Shown: positions 29,087-41,700 of the stretch, piece after piece
Position numbering within the stretch: position 1 is the stretch's first letter
How the letters are laid out: each line of letters opens with the position of its first letter
NCBI GenBank assembly: GCA_002269645.1
Contig: NIVC01002101.1
Location: 1-64,000, forward strand
Reading direction: 5' to 3'
From: Macrostomum lignano
Taxonomy: Eukaryota
DNA: 64,000 nucleotides
The notes under the pieces: model-generated
Seen by the model: the letters and a program-made list of their open reading frames with translations, nothing else
Told to the model about the DNA's origin: nothing
The model's database searches: none
Program-made: the position numbers and the translations under genes

Positions 29087-30127
29087 ATGAAGAATCAACC
29101 TATGGTGTTTGCGTTGCTACTCTTGGCGTCGGCAGGATCTGTCAGCGCAGAAAATATCAAGGCCAACTTCACCAGAAGCCCCATTTGTCCGTCTAACTCA
29201 AGTTTAAGTCGGCTGCTTGTACTGGAAGGTGCCCTGGACCCGAGAACCTGCTTCGTTGAGTGCGCGCTGTCGCAGAACTGCTCCGTGCTCTATCCATACT
29301 CGCGTAGAAGCAGCTCGTACCTGTGCTACTTTGGTGACTCACAACAGCTACTCAACCTATTTTCATTCACCAATACATCTGGGTGCGTAAGTTACGTGAG
29401 GACCTTGCAATGGTCAAACGTCAGTGAGGACTCAACAGCTTCTGATCCAACGCCACCACCACCACCACCACCACCGGATCTCAGCCAAAGCATTCTCTCG
29501 AAGCTGCTTATCTTCTACGACTTTCGAAAGAGCTACTTTAATCTCATGAACTCGTCAAAATACCTGACGACTCCTCGTGGATCTTTGACTCGAGACGGCA
29601 ACGGTGTAAATTTTCCTGGAAACAGCGATCAAGACTTTATCGAGGTGGACACCAATGGAAACACTCTCGCCTCGACTTACCTTGTCGAATCAAAGAAGTT
29701 TACTATATACACCCGAGCTACTCGCAAAAAAAGCCATCAAACGTACCACTACTTCTATGACTGCTCGAGCACAATCAACCGAGGTGAATTCTTCGAGGAT
29801 GCCGAGGGAATTAAATTTGAGCACAACTTCTCGAACTCGTTTAGGTTTTACCAATCCTCTCATGGTGTTTCCAATCCTAGGGACTATCAGTTTGCCTCGG
29901 TTGGTGTTATTTTTAATGGCTCGATTGTAACCAACTTTTACGATTACGAAAACTTCAAGCCTGCCAATGGTGAGAGCTCAATTCGATCTGGTTCGCCGCT
30001 ATGTTTGAGACTTGGATACAACAGTAATCCTCTGCATTCACTGAGTGGCCGGTTAATTTGCTATGCTATTGCCAATGACACCCTCACTGAGTCTGAAATG
30101 GGAGAAATCGGATTGTACTGTCGATAA
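29087..30127 (+). CDS. Secreted protein 1: signal peptide + PAN/apple-like domain + poly-Pro linker + LamG/ConA-like domain (346 aa, intronless)
   Basis: Hydrophobic N-terminus (MVFALLLLASAGSVSA-E); six Cys with PAN spacing (C..CxxxC....C..CYF..C); LamG3-like motifs LIFYDF, GVNFPG..DFIEV, FTIY, SVGVIFNGS, LRLG...LSGRL...LTESE. AATAAA overlaps the stop. Family assignment is by motif recognition only. Confidence 0.8.
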   Translation: MKNQPMVFALLLLASAGSVSAENIKANFTRSPICPSNSSLSRLLVLEGALDPRTCFVECALSQNCSVLYPYSRRSSSYLCYFGDSQQLLNLFSFTNTSGCVSYVRTLQWSNVSEDSTASDPTPPPPPPPPDLSQSILSKLLIFYDFRKSYFNLMNSSKYLTTPRGSLTRDGNGVNFPGNSDQDFIEVDTNGNTLASTYLVESKKFTIYTRATRKKSHQTYHYFYDCSSTINRGEFFEDAEGIKFEHNFSNSFRFYQSSHGVSNPRDYQFASVGVIFNGSIVTNFYDYENFKPANGESSIRSGSPLCLRLGYNSNPLHSLSGRLICYAIANDTLTESEMGEIGLYCR

Positions 30128-31689
30128 ATAAAATTCATTCCATCTGCTTGTACCCAGAGCGCTTGAAAAATTAAAGTTCTACAATCTAAAATAACTATTA
30201 GAGCTCATGGAAGTTAAAAAAGACTAATAAGTAATAATAAGTAATAAGTAATAAGTAACTAATAAGTAAGAATATGTAAAAGACTAGAAACGGCTTTATG
30301 TTAAGGACTTTAAGGATTTTAGAAAGCACTGTCTGTCGGACTTTTAGCTTTCCTTTTATTTTACATGGCTTCAACACTTAACACTCTGAAGATTATAATG
30401 CACAAAACACATATGACAAAAAGCTCAATCATCTATATAACTACTCTGTCTAAATTATAACCGATCGGTAATGGATGAATGAAGACCTTTTTTGTTAAAC
30501 GCTAAAGTAGGTACTGTATTTAATCAATAAAATACACGCATATTATCAAAAAATACCATATATATATTTCATTTGCTATCTTTGTAAAGTTCCGCTGACG
30601 ACTCTATGTTGATGGACGTCGCTGTCAGATAGGTATTTTTACATGAAACGGTGGATAAAGACGATATGCGTTGGCCGAACATTGGCGTTGGAAACGTTGG
30701 CCGATTTTGCTAACGTCGGATTGCTGTACGAAAATAGACGAATCTCGATTTTTTGACTGATTTAAATTAACTACTAAATATAATTTTTAGTATATTTTGC
30801 TTCATTACTTGAAGTAGTATATATATCTAGGAGTTGCCCCCCCCCACTTTTGAGAAGTGCACTAAAAAATATCTTACAGCGAATATTATCGTCAGTGCAT
30901 TCATAGCTCAGTTTGGTTGTACAGTTTGCAATTAGGAAATTGCATAAGAGCAGATGTCGCCCATTCATATTTAGGGTGATTTAAAAAGTCAAATCAGCAA
31001 GAAAGAACATACTATACTCTTTATTGAGACAGGCTCTTTTTGAATGGCTGGCATTTTCAGACTTGTGACGCTCTTGAAGGCGAGTTCGAGAGCAGACCAA
31101 GGACTACTAGAAGATGTCTGGACGTAACTCTCGTAAATATTACTTCTATACCAGAGACTGCACAAGCAGAGCTGACGCACCCTATCTGTCAATGCTTGAC
31201 AAGCGCTCTGAGTAAAACATAGTAAATGTAAAACGTTTGAAATTAAAATTAAAGTTGGTTAACGAGAATCAGAATCGGCATCGCTTTTTTTGAAATTTTT
31301 TGTGATTTTTATCTACACGTAGACTCCTTGCAGAAAAAATAGGAATCGTTACAACTTAAAAAACCCTCTAAAACCCCTTAACTAGAAGAGCTTTGAACTT
31401 TAAACGCAGACTGACTTATTCTTACGCTATTAATAAAACAAAACAAATTTTGGTATTGTTTCAGTTGTCACGAAAATTCATATTTAGCACGTTCATAAAA
31501 TTACGTTCGAATAATTAGTGGATCTATTGATCGAGAACAAAGCAAACTACACGGCTAGTAGGTGCCAAATTGAACCCTGGAAAAATACGTGACCTACCTA
31601 CCGCCTCAATATGTATCTTACTCGACGAATGACAGGTACTCAACGTTTGTCCCCTCCTGAATAAGGCATCCACCGGCTTCCGCTTAAGA

Positions 31690-32998
31690 GACAGTGGGGC
31701 CCACCATAAAAGACAGGGGCGCCCACCATAAGAGACAGGGGCGCCCACCATAAGAGACAGGGGGGCCCACCATGAGACAGGGGCGCCCACCATAAAAGAC
31801 AGGAGCGCCCACCATAAAAGACAGGGGCGCCCACCATAAGAGACAGGGGCGCCCACCAAAGGAGACAGGGGCGCCCACCATAAGATACAGGGGCGCCACC
31901 ATAAGATACAGGGGCGCCCACCATAAGAGATAGGGGGGGGGGCACCATAAGAGACAGGGGCGCCCACCATAAGAGACAGGGGCGCCCACCATAAGAGACA
32001 GGGGGGCCCACCATGAGACAGGGGCGCCCACCATAAAAGACAGGAGCGCCCACCATAAAAGACAGGGGCGCCCACCATAAGAGACAGGGGCGCCCACCAA
32101 AGGAGACAGGGGCGCCCACCATAAGATACAGGGGCGCCACCATAAGATACAGGGGCGCCCACCATAAGAGATAGGGGGGGGGGCACCATAAGAGACAGGG
32201 GCGCCCACCATAAGAGACAGGGGCGCCCACCATAAGAGACAGGGGCGCCCACCATAAGAGACAGGGGCGCCCACCATAAGAGACAGGGGCGCCCACCATA
32301 AGAGACAGGGGCGCCCACCATAAGAGACAGGGGCGCCCACCATAAGAGACAGGGGCGCCCACATAAGAGACAGGGGTGCCCACCATAAGAGACAGGGGCG
32401 CCCATATAAGAGACAGGGGCGCCCACCATAAAAGACAGGAGCGCCCACCATAAAAGACAGGGGCGCCCACCATAAGAGACAGGGGCGCCCACCAAAGGAG
32501 ACAGGGGCGCCCACCATAAGATACAGGGGCGCCACCATAAGATACAGGGGCGCCCACCATAAGAGACAGGGGCGCCCACCAAAGGAGACAGGGGCGCCCA
32601 CCATAAGATACAGGGGCGCCCACCATAAGAGACAGGGGCGCCCACCAAAGGAGACAGGGGCGCCCACCATAAGATACAGGGGCGCCACCATAAGATACAG
32701 GGGCGCCCACCATAAGAGACAGGGGCGCCCACCAAAGGAGACAGGGGCGCCCACCATAAGATACAGGGGCGCCACCATAAGAGACAGGGGCGCCCACCAA
32801 AGGAGACAGGGGCGCTCACCATAAGAGACAGGGGCGCCCACCATAAGAGACAGGGGCGCCCACCATAAGATACAGGGGCGCCACCATAAGATACAGGGGC
32901 GCCACCATAGATACAGGGGCCCCCACCCTAAAGCACAGGGGTGCCCACCATAAGAGACAGGGGCGCCCACCAAGAGACGGGGGCGCCAACTAAGACAC
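31690..32998. repeat. 22-bp minisatellite (AGACAGGGGCGCCCACCATAAG)n with a 241-bp higher-order duplication
   Basis: About 60 units; diagnostic variants recur at 31771/32012 and 31931/32172. Confidence 0.97.
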
Positions 32999-33784
32999 AA
33001 AAAATTGGCTTTTCCTTTTCCCAAAAATCCCTTTAAAGTTGGGGATTCCCCAAATGAAAAGCCTGCGTACGCCATTCAAGAACACTAAATTTTTTTCTAC
33101 AATAGCTACTTTTCAATGCAGCTTGCTCCATTTTACATAAATTAGCACAATTAGTATAATAAACACACGAATTACCTTAATAAATCTGACTATCTAGTAC
33201 TCAACCGAGATAATGTATATGGAGAGTTTCGTCGATTTAGAATCAATTCCCATATGCCGTAGATGTGATCACAGATCGGGTACGAGTCTTTTGCATTGAG
33301 TCCCAATGCATCTCAAAAAAGCTTCTAAAGCAATAAAAAAATGATTTGGAACAGTTTCCATGGCTACCCACTGCAATACAGTAGAGAAACAGCTCCAACA
33401 ACACAAAGAATATTCAGAGAATGTATAGTAATAAAACTAATGAGATCGGAAAACAGCTAAGCGTGAGTCCCTGCCTTTTTCCAGTACAGACAGGTTTCTC
33501 CCTCTTAAGTTTTTAAATTGAATCAGGATTTAGTTAAAGACAATGGGTGTATGTGTGCGAATTATGCATAAATTGGAACTATTTCAGCGACAATAAGCGG
33601 TCTACCGTTGTCAATTAAGTGCTAATATTTAGGCTAGGAAGCCTATATGCTAAAGTACCGTTTATATTCTACACGCACATCAAGGTATATTGCCTCAATT
33701 GATACATGCCTGCCTAATTGTAAGATTTCTCCCGGCTGCATTCAGCAGCTGATTGTTGATTGGTCGTAAAGCTAAAGCAGACTT

Positions 33785-33792
33785 TATAAAAG
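33785..33792 (+). promoter_or_regulatory. TATA box of secreted protein 2
   Basis: TATAAAAG 82 nt upstream of the ATG at 33867, with an Inr-like TCACT about 20-25 nt downstream. Confidence 0.5.
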
Positions 33793-33866
33793 AACTGTAG
33801 TTTGGTCACTGCCTCAGATCCTTGTTGCGATCACATAATCGGACAGGGCTCCATTCACTGCTTCTA

Positions 33867-34931
33867 ATGGACTGCAAGAAAATTTACTTAATTGTCCTGC
33901 TCTGGACTATTTTTAAGTCATCAAACTGCTGTGAAACTCAAAAGCTGAAGTTCTCTAAGACGCAAACTTGCCCCTCCAGTTCAAGTTTCGATCAACTTTC
34001 CAAGCTGGACGGCTCGCACGACTTGAAGACTTGCGTGTTTAAATGTGCCGTCAGTAGCACCTGCGCTGTCATATTCCAAAGCAGCTCAAAACTCTGCTAC
34101 TTTGGAGACTCTGAGCAGCTTTCTACGCTTTTTTCCTCGACGAACACATCTGGAACTGAACAGTGCGAAAGCTACATCAAGGTTTGGAACGAGTCAAAAG
34201 ATATGAGCTCCACGACAACTGCTCCAACGACTCAAAACTCCATGACAACTACCACTCAATCAACAGCACCACCGCCACCAAGTCTCTCTGATAGCATCCT
34301 GTCTAAGCTGGTAATCTTCTTTGACTTCCGAAAGAGCTACTTTAACCTCATAAACCCGTCAAAGTACATGGCTACTCCTCGCGGATCTTTGACTCAAGAT
34401 TCTGATGGTGTCCATTTTCCTGGAAACAGCGATCAAGACTTCATCGAGGTGGACACCGACGGGAACACTCTGGCCTCGACTTACCTTGCTGAGTCAAAGA
34501 AGTTCACAATTTACTCTCGAACATATCGAGAAGGCAGCCACCAAACGTATCACTACTTCTACGACTGCTCGAGCACCGTCAACAGAGGCGAGTTCTTCGA
34601 CGATGATGGTAAAATCAATGTGGTACACCCTCTTTCCGGCTCCGTTATTGCTAATAATTCCGGTACCGTTCTGTACTTCACGAGCATTAACCAAGTAGCT
34701 TCTGTTGGAGTGATTTTCAATGGCAGCACCGTGACAAACTTCTACCATCTTGGGAGTCTGAAAGCCGTCAATAGTGGCTCAACAACAATATCGGGTACTC
34801 CTCTATGCCTGCGTCTCGGCTACAACAGCAATCCGTCGTACTCACTGAAGGGCAGATTTCTATGCTATGCCATTGCCAATGATACACTTACTGAGTCCGA
34901 ATTGACGGAGATTGGACTTTACTTTTCCTAA
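33867..34931 (+). CDS. Secreted protein 2: signal peptide + PAN/apple + Thr/Pro mucin-like linker + LamG/ConA-like domain (354 aa, intronless)
   Basis: Clear paralogue of 29087..30127 (shared RKSYFNL, TPRGSLT, FPGNSDQDFIEVDT, HQTYHYFYDCSST, CYAIANDTLTESE). First ATG is at 33867. Confidence 0.8.
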   Translation: MDCKKIYLIVLLWTIFKSSNCCETQKLKFSKTQTCPSSSSFDQLSKLDGSHDLKTCVFKCAVSSTCAVIFQSSSKLCYFGDSEQLSTLFSSTNTSGTEQCESYIKVWNESKDMSSTTTAPTTQNSMTTTTQSTAPPPPSLSDSILSKLVIFFDFRKSYFNLINPSKYMATPRGSLTQDSDGVHFPGNSDQDFIEVDTDGNTLASTYLAESKKFTIYSRTYREGSHQTYHYFYDCSSTVNRGEFFDDDGKINVVHPLSGSVIANNSGTVLYFTSINQVASVGVIFNGSTVTNFYHLGSLKAVNSGSTTISGTPLCLRLGYNSNPSYSLKGRFLCYAIANDTLTESELTEIGLYFS

Positions 34932-35842
34932 AATTTTTATTTTTTTGGACAGATTGGTTAGAATGTCCTATATTTTGGCTAGGAATCGAGTCGATGGAAC
35001 GATTGATGTTTTAATGACTAACCTCACGTGCAGTAACCGCTTTTTTACCTTCTCCCTCCTGACGCTTTTTTTTTTCACTCTTCTGTGTGTTAATTAGCAG
35101 TTCCCAGATTAGGTAAAGTCCCGACTAAAAAGAACATAATACTGTCGATGGTGTCTGAATGTGTCGTACAGGGTTTCGGAGCTAATTTTATTACAAACCT
35201 GCAGCGAATTAAATAAGTATAGCTAGCAGTGAACATGGTCATGATAGAAATAGTACGCCAAACTAGCGAACGTGTTTCGGAAATCAATTAAAAATCCTTT
35301 AATTACTTGTAGTTTCGGTTGCGGCATTACACACTACATTGGTATGCACAAATACAGAATGTCGGTATATGTACAACTATTTTAATCTTTGACTGCTGGC
35401 TCTCATGAAACAATAATGTGATATATGAATGTGTTAATTTAGACTTTGAGTGAAACAAAATCAGTGAAAATGCAGAAAGCTCAGCTAAAAAAGAGATTTA
35501 ACCCTGCACGATATCAACTGCATACTCTGAGATACATGTACATGTATCACCCCAGACTTAGCTATGCTCTTTTATAGAGTCCCTTCAATTTCATCTGTTA
35601 CTTGAATTAATGAGTAGCTAGCTAAGTACTGTCCCTATTTATACTGTTGGACTGAGGAATGAACGAGCGGACTGGAGTCCACAAAAACAGGTATAAGTTT
35701 GAGGTGTACAAGGCATGCAAAATTCGAGGGATAAGTTCGGGTTTTTTGTAATTGTGAAGCAACAGTATTTACCAGAGACATTTTATGACCTACTATCTCT
35801 GTCAAACATTTTTCTTTTGCTTGACGTAGCCGCATGGAGATC

Positions 35843-36415
35843 CTGAGGCTCTGGTTTCCGGCGTCCGCGAGGATTTGCGGCGTCGCCGCGGGCTTTCCTG
35901 GGCTGCCTTTCGTTCTGTAAGGGCAGTCCTGCAGTCCGAGGCCTTACCTGATCGCCAGAGGGCGGCGTTGTTCCAGGCGGTGATCGAGACCGTCCTGCTG
36001 TACAATGCCGGGATCTAAACGCTGACGGAGTCGCTGGAGCAACAAGTTGACGCGGTGCACGCTGGCCTGCTTCAAACCGCCTTCAAGATCGGCTACGAGC
36101 GAGTGACAAACGCGGCTTTGTATCGCCGCGCCGGTCTGATCCGTCCAAGCGACCTGTTGCGCCGTCGGCCACTCCAGCTGGCAGTCCAGATCATCCGCGC
36201 CCAGTCGTACTGCCCAGAGCCGGTGCAGGAGGTGCTGCTGCTAACGCTGCAGGCCCCCTACCGGCAGGGGCAGGCGTGCACTCGGCGTTTCGTCGACTGC
36301 CTGCTGGCTGACGCCGGCGACCCAGATTCGGCCGGCGGCGTGGCGTTCATTCGCGACCTGGCCTTGAGGCGCGCCCTGTGAGCTGTGACGCTAACTGCGT
36401 ATTGTTGTTGCTTTT

Positions 36416-36456
<41 letters not shown>
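35843..36456 (+). mobile_element. 5'-truncated RTE-like LINE with (GTT)n tail and 9-bp TSD
   Basis: Relic ORF SREDLRRRRGLSWAAF...LFQAVIETVLLYNAGI*TLTESLEQQVDAVHAGLLQTAF...RRRPLQLAVQIIR; flanking direct repeats ATGGAGATC at 35834-35842 and 36457-36465. Confidence 0.9.
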
Positions 36457-37190
36457 ATGGAGATCGCGCGAGGGATGCATGAGCACGATTCGATATTCAA
36501 TACGCCCCTAAACAGCGGCACTAAATGAAAAAATCCAGGAGAAAAATCAGACAATACCTGCATGAATTTAATGAATTGGCGGGTCCCTGAAAGGTCACGT
36601 GTGTTTTTCTACAGTTGTTGTGCTGAAATAGAAAAGAATATACAATAGCAGAAAAAGCTGAGCAAGAGAACTAAAAAACACTATGACTCTTAAAATTCTT
36701 TTTTTGCTCAACAGATTTGCACACACTACAGCTGTGTGTGTTTATTGTGTAAAAATCTTTTTTTCATAACAATTTTGTTACCTTGGAGTTGCAATTTTTT
36801 TTAACACCCCGCTTTTGTTTTGATTTGTTTGCGAAAACTGTTTGTCGAGCTGTTTGGAAAAAAATTCATTCATTCCCAAGCCAACTCCGACAAAGTCTCT
36901 TAATTCTGAAAGAATTACTTTTAAACTAACAAGTAAAAGAAATACATGATGCGGTACATGGAAATTGCCTGATTCGATTTTTTAATAGCGCGGCGAAAAA
37001 AGTTTTCTCTTTAGAAAGCAAAAAGAATCATTTCAATAAAACAAAAAGCAACAAACTCGCGTGCTGGCTGCAGGAAAAGCCGCTGTAAACCAGAACAAGT
37101 CTGGAAAGCTTTCAATAGAAAGAGACGTCTAAATGTATTAGATGCATATATTAATATACTCGGAAATTCTAAACATTGTATCAATGCTAC

Positions 37191-37418
37191 TACACCTTTT
37201 CACGTTCAATTTTGAACAAAGTCCAGTTCTAAAAAAACTAGCGGAAATTCAATTCAGACAATTCAGACTGGGGCAACAAAACCCAGTTCAAAACATTCTG
37301 CTACGGAAGCGAGGTTTAGCCATAGACAAAATTGTCCCCAGTCTGAATTGTCTGAATTGAATTTCCGCTAGTTTTTTTAGAACTGGACTTTGTTCAAAAT
37401 TGAACGTGAAAAGGTGTA
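37191..37418. mobile_element. Fold-back/MITE with ~83-bp perfect inverted arms, TA at both ends
   Basis: 37191-37273 is the reverse complement of 37336-37418. Confidence 0.85.
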
Positions 37419-38189
37419 CTGCTACTGAAGCTTTATAATGATTAAATAATCGAGAGTCGTTTTTTGTCCCGTATTCGCCATGCAGTTCTGCCAGAAGCAC
37501 TTAAAAAGTCAAAATATGTTTCTGAAATACTTTCGCATCCTCTAAACAAAATTTCCTGGATTACTTTAATTTTTCTAAGCTCTGAAAGCTAGAAAACTTT
37601 TTCTAATCTGTTTGAATGGTGGAAGAGACTAAAATACTCGTATATTAATATAGACTGGCTATATGGGGAATTCATAAAAAAATACTTTTGGAGTGTTACA
37701 GTAGAATAACAGTAGAATTTCTGTAGAATTATCACATTAAAAGTATACAACATAATTATTACTGTAGAAGCATTGCTGCAAAAGTATTATTGCTACTGTC
37801 AGAGTAAATTCAGATCAGCTTCATCTGCCCTTGTAACAGATGACAACAGTAACAGAGCAACAAAATGCACTGTCAGATATGGTCTTAGTACCATTAATAC
37901 CACGAACACCTGAAGTAGAAAGACACTAAGAAATGAGCAGGAGGAACGTAATTAATTTTTCGTATCGCCATTGCATTTAGTATCCTCTACAGAACGCTCT
38001 AAAGAAAAATCAAATTTCTCAAGACGATCCTCGCTCGAAGACGAGTAGTAGAAAGCCTGTTGCGTCAGTCAGCTGGGGGGAGTCACCGACGGTTGCAACA
38101 GGTCAATTTAGACAGACCAAGATGATAGAGTACTAGATTCATCGCGAAGGCCGCGCGCAGCTATCCAGCGTACGCTGCCAGGGTGTTTA

Positions 38190-38700
38190 GAAAGCAGGGT
38201 TTCAGCTGGTGCGCCTTTAGGCCGAACGAATTCAGCCAACAGGCAGTCGAGGAAGCGCCGAGTGTCTGTCTGTAGGGTGCTTGCAGCGTCACCAGCGGTG
38301 CCTCCTGCACCGGCTGTGCGCAGTACGACTCGGCGCGGACGATGTGGCCACGGACCAGACCGAGGCGGTGATAAAGTGCCGCTTTGGAAACTCAGTTGTC
38401 ACCGATCTTGAAGGTGGAACGCGGCAGGCCAGCGTGCCCCGCATCTACTACTTGCTTGAGCGAGTCCATCAGGGTCCAGATCTCAGCGTTGTAACAGCAG
38501 GACGGTCTCAACCACCGCCTAGAATAAAACGCCGCCCTCGGAACCAGACCATCGAGAGAGACGAACTGCTGACGATGCGGATGATAGCACCCTGAAGAAA
38601 GCCGTCATCGTTGGTAAGAAGAACAATCCGCAGCACCCAGTCAAGCACTAGAACGAACAGGAACGGTGCGAGCGTATCTCGCTGGAGCACTCTAAGGGAT
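38190..38700 (-). mobile_element. Degenerate, internally deleted RTE-like LINE including an RT-domain fragment
   Basis: Minus strand LQRDTLAPFLFVLVLDWVLR (RT QGD.L.P.LF motif) joined to sequence homologous to 35950-36300. Confidence 0.75.
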
Positions 38701-41700
38701 GCCTCTCAAAGTTCGATAGGACGTCCGTTCTTGCGACTGCAGCTTTCGTATCACGGTATCACGGTGTGCATTGCCATGATGGCGGACACAGGCTGCTATA
38801 GCACCATTGTGATTGAGGTGCACCTTTATTAGCATGGATCTGACGCGACTGAGTCGAATTTCTTAAAATCTAATAAGACAACAATCAGGATCGACTGCAG
38901 CGCGTATTTTGCTAAATCCACCTGCAGCCTGCATCCGTTCAGATATAGTAAGATCATGAAACCAACTCAAAGAACTTGTAAACTCGTACTCACTGAAAGC
39001 TGTAGACTAGCTTCTGCTGTGCTATTCTGTTGCTATTATGCGTTGAGCTGAGCACATACGAATTTGCTCAATTAATTGGATGGTACTGTTCAGTCCTATA
39101 ATGATATATAGGATCTAAATATGACGTTTAAAATATGAAGAAGAAAGCTAGGTGAATATCATTAGTGCAAGGGGCCGCTGTACGTCAGCTATGGTCCTTG
39201 GACAATGCTTTTTACATTGGATGCGTATTATATAATACCTTATACAGTAGCTCACCGGGATGTACCCCTAACATGTATATATAGTCTTAGAGATGAAAAC
39301 ATACAAGAATATATGCATTTGATACATGTATATGTATATGTGGTATATAATTTAATTTACTACAGTATATCCCGAACAGTTTAATCTGGGTATATGTAGA
39401 TCTTAAGACTTGCGTTGCAAGGGGGTGTTTTGATTGCGTTAATTTGTTTGTTAAAGTTTAAACCAGTATAAGTGTAGAGCTGTCATTTAGGCTCAGTGAT
39501 CCAATTTCCCCGTGAACATGTACAGTCGAACCAGCTACATCCAAGGACATCCAGCTACATCATGTATGCTGGCCATGTTGTTTGAGGAGGCCGAGGGGGC
39601 CAAGAAATATAAGCGTATGCCTTGTTTCTGAATGGGAAGCTCAACAAGAAGAAGCTCGGCGGGCAAATAGTCTGCGCCGGGGCGAGTCTCGTGCTTTCAC
39701 TTCGGATAGCACAACTTTTATTTACTAAGCGTGAAATGATGAGAGAGAGACCGGAGCCTCCAGCTTCCCATTCTGACAACAAAACAAGTTAAAACAAATT
39801 TTATTATTACTAATATTTTGATAAAAAAAATATTCATACTGCAACCAAGCTTAAAAACAAAAAAATAAATATCGCTTGTAGTAATTTTCTATAATTTCTA
39901 TAGTTGGGTAACAGGATTTTAATTATATTTTCACACTGTTTCAAAACATTTAAAACTTGAATTCTACGAAAAAGTTTACTTATGCTTATCAAGTCGTATT
40001 TAATGCTTATAAGTGTGCTTATTGGCTTATAAAGACTTTGAAAATATTTTCAGTTAGGGCCTAAATTTTCTTAGTAAATTAGTCAAATAATTCTCCAGAC
40101 CTTCAATGACAATGGAAATGGTCAATGCCACGATGGCTTGAATGGAGGTTTTTTGGGTTCTGGCAATTTTAGGGCGATCCTGAAGATTCCCGCGTTTAAT
40201 TATTTTACGGAATTATTTCGCCCTCTATTCAAGGGTGGTGGGGGTGGGGGTTATAATTAAACGCGGGAAACTAAGAAATCGCCTATTTTAGTGCTGTTCA
40301 ATTCAATATGACACCAAAATATGCCAATTAAGCTCAATAATAATTAATTAGAGACTTTTTAGCAATTTAATAATGTACAAGTTACAGGCAGGTATAGGGC
40401 CTATGCCATGGAAGTATTAAATTTTGATAATAATGCAAATTTTGAAATATATAATTTTTTTCACGCTTTAAAAAGAACTAACTAGGCTTAGGGGCCTATA
40501 TATTAAAGATTTTTGCTAAAATCACAAGGCCATATGGCATTTATTTTTAGGTCTAAAACCCTAATAGGCCTAATGCCCAATTGAAAACTAATCTACTAGG
40601 TGCCAAAAAGTATCAATAAAGTCCTTAATTATAAATTAAGTCTTTAAGAAAATTTATATATTTTTAACCTAGGACTTACCTTTTTAATATTTATCATTTG
40701 ACTTGAGTCCCATTTATAATTATAGGCCTATTGCTATTTATTCTCCATTTTTAAGAAGATGACCTTTTTCATAGAAAATTCCAGCATAAAAGGAGGTTGG
40801 ATGTGTGCTGTGCTGGTGCATTCCGATGCAAAAGTAGGCAAGATAAATCCAGTGCAGTACGGTGCAGGACAAAAAATTGGCTCAATTTGGTGCAAGAAAA
40901 AAAGCATTTTCTATGAAACAGGTTCAAATACAAGTTTTATTGATATTTTTCGAATGGAAAATTATTGGTTTTTGTTTTTTTTAAAGTTGCAGTACACAGT
41001 ACAAATAAACTTATTTGATAGGAATAGTTCAGGCGCATGATACAAGCAACCTTTTTTGATAGGATTCATTCCTATTTTATATACCTAAAGTTCAAGAATT
41101 CCCTAGTAATATTTGTAATTGAATAAATTTTTGCTTTTGTTTTATATAATATATTATTAGCTAATAACTTAGTAAGAATATCATAAATAGAAAGTTGAGA
41201 CCTCTTATTGCTATTGATAATGTTATATAGTAATAAACAATACAAAATATATGTTGCAGGGCTCCTGGGTAATCTATTTGAATCTTACTGATGTCACTAA
41301 AATCTGTTGTAGGGTGAGGTTACTGACTTCTATTCTATCAAATTATCACAAGGGACGTAATTGGGGAATAAAGAAAGATGCAAATTCTACTACTGACAGG
41401 AGTAAGCCGTAGGTTGCTCCTAGTGGCGTGAAGTGTCCGAGCGGCAAGACACTATATCTCTATTCAGTCCAAGTATTTAGTGGGAGGGAGAGTAAAGGCT
41501 TCGCGATAGATCAGAGTTGCCTAGTAGACTGGCGCACTAATAAGGAATTTCTAATAACTAATAGGGTATGCTAGCATGAGTAGGCAGAGCATCTAATATC
41601 GCTTTTGGTAAGAAGGCAATATGCCTAATAGATATGGAAGATAGGCAAGGATCAGACAGTAAGTCTAGGGGAAAAAGGCTATACACCTGTGCAGACAGAC

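Noticed and set aside
31524-33075. Three long minus-strand ORFs (386-463 aa)
   Set aside because: Stop-free readings of the 22-bp minisatellite in all frames; no coding signature.
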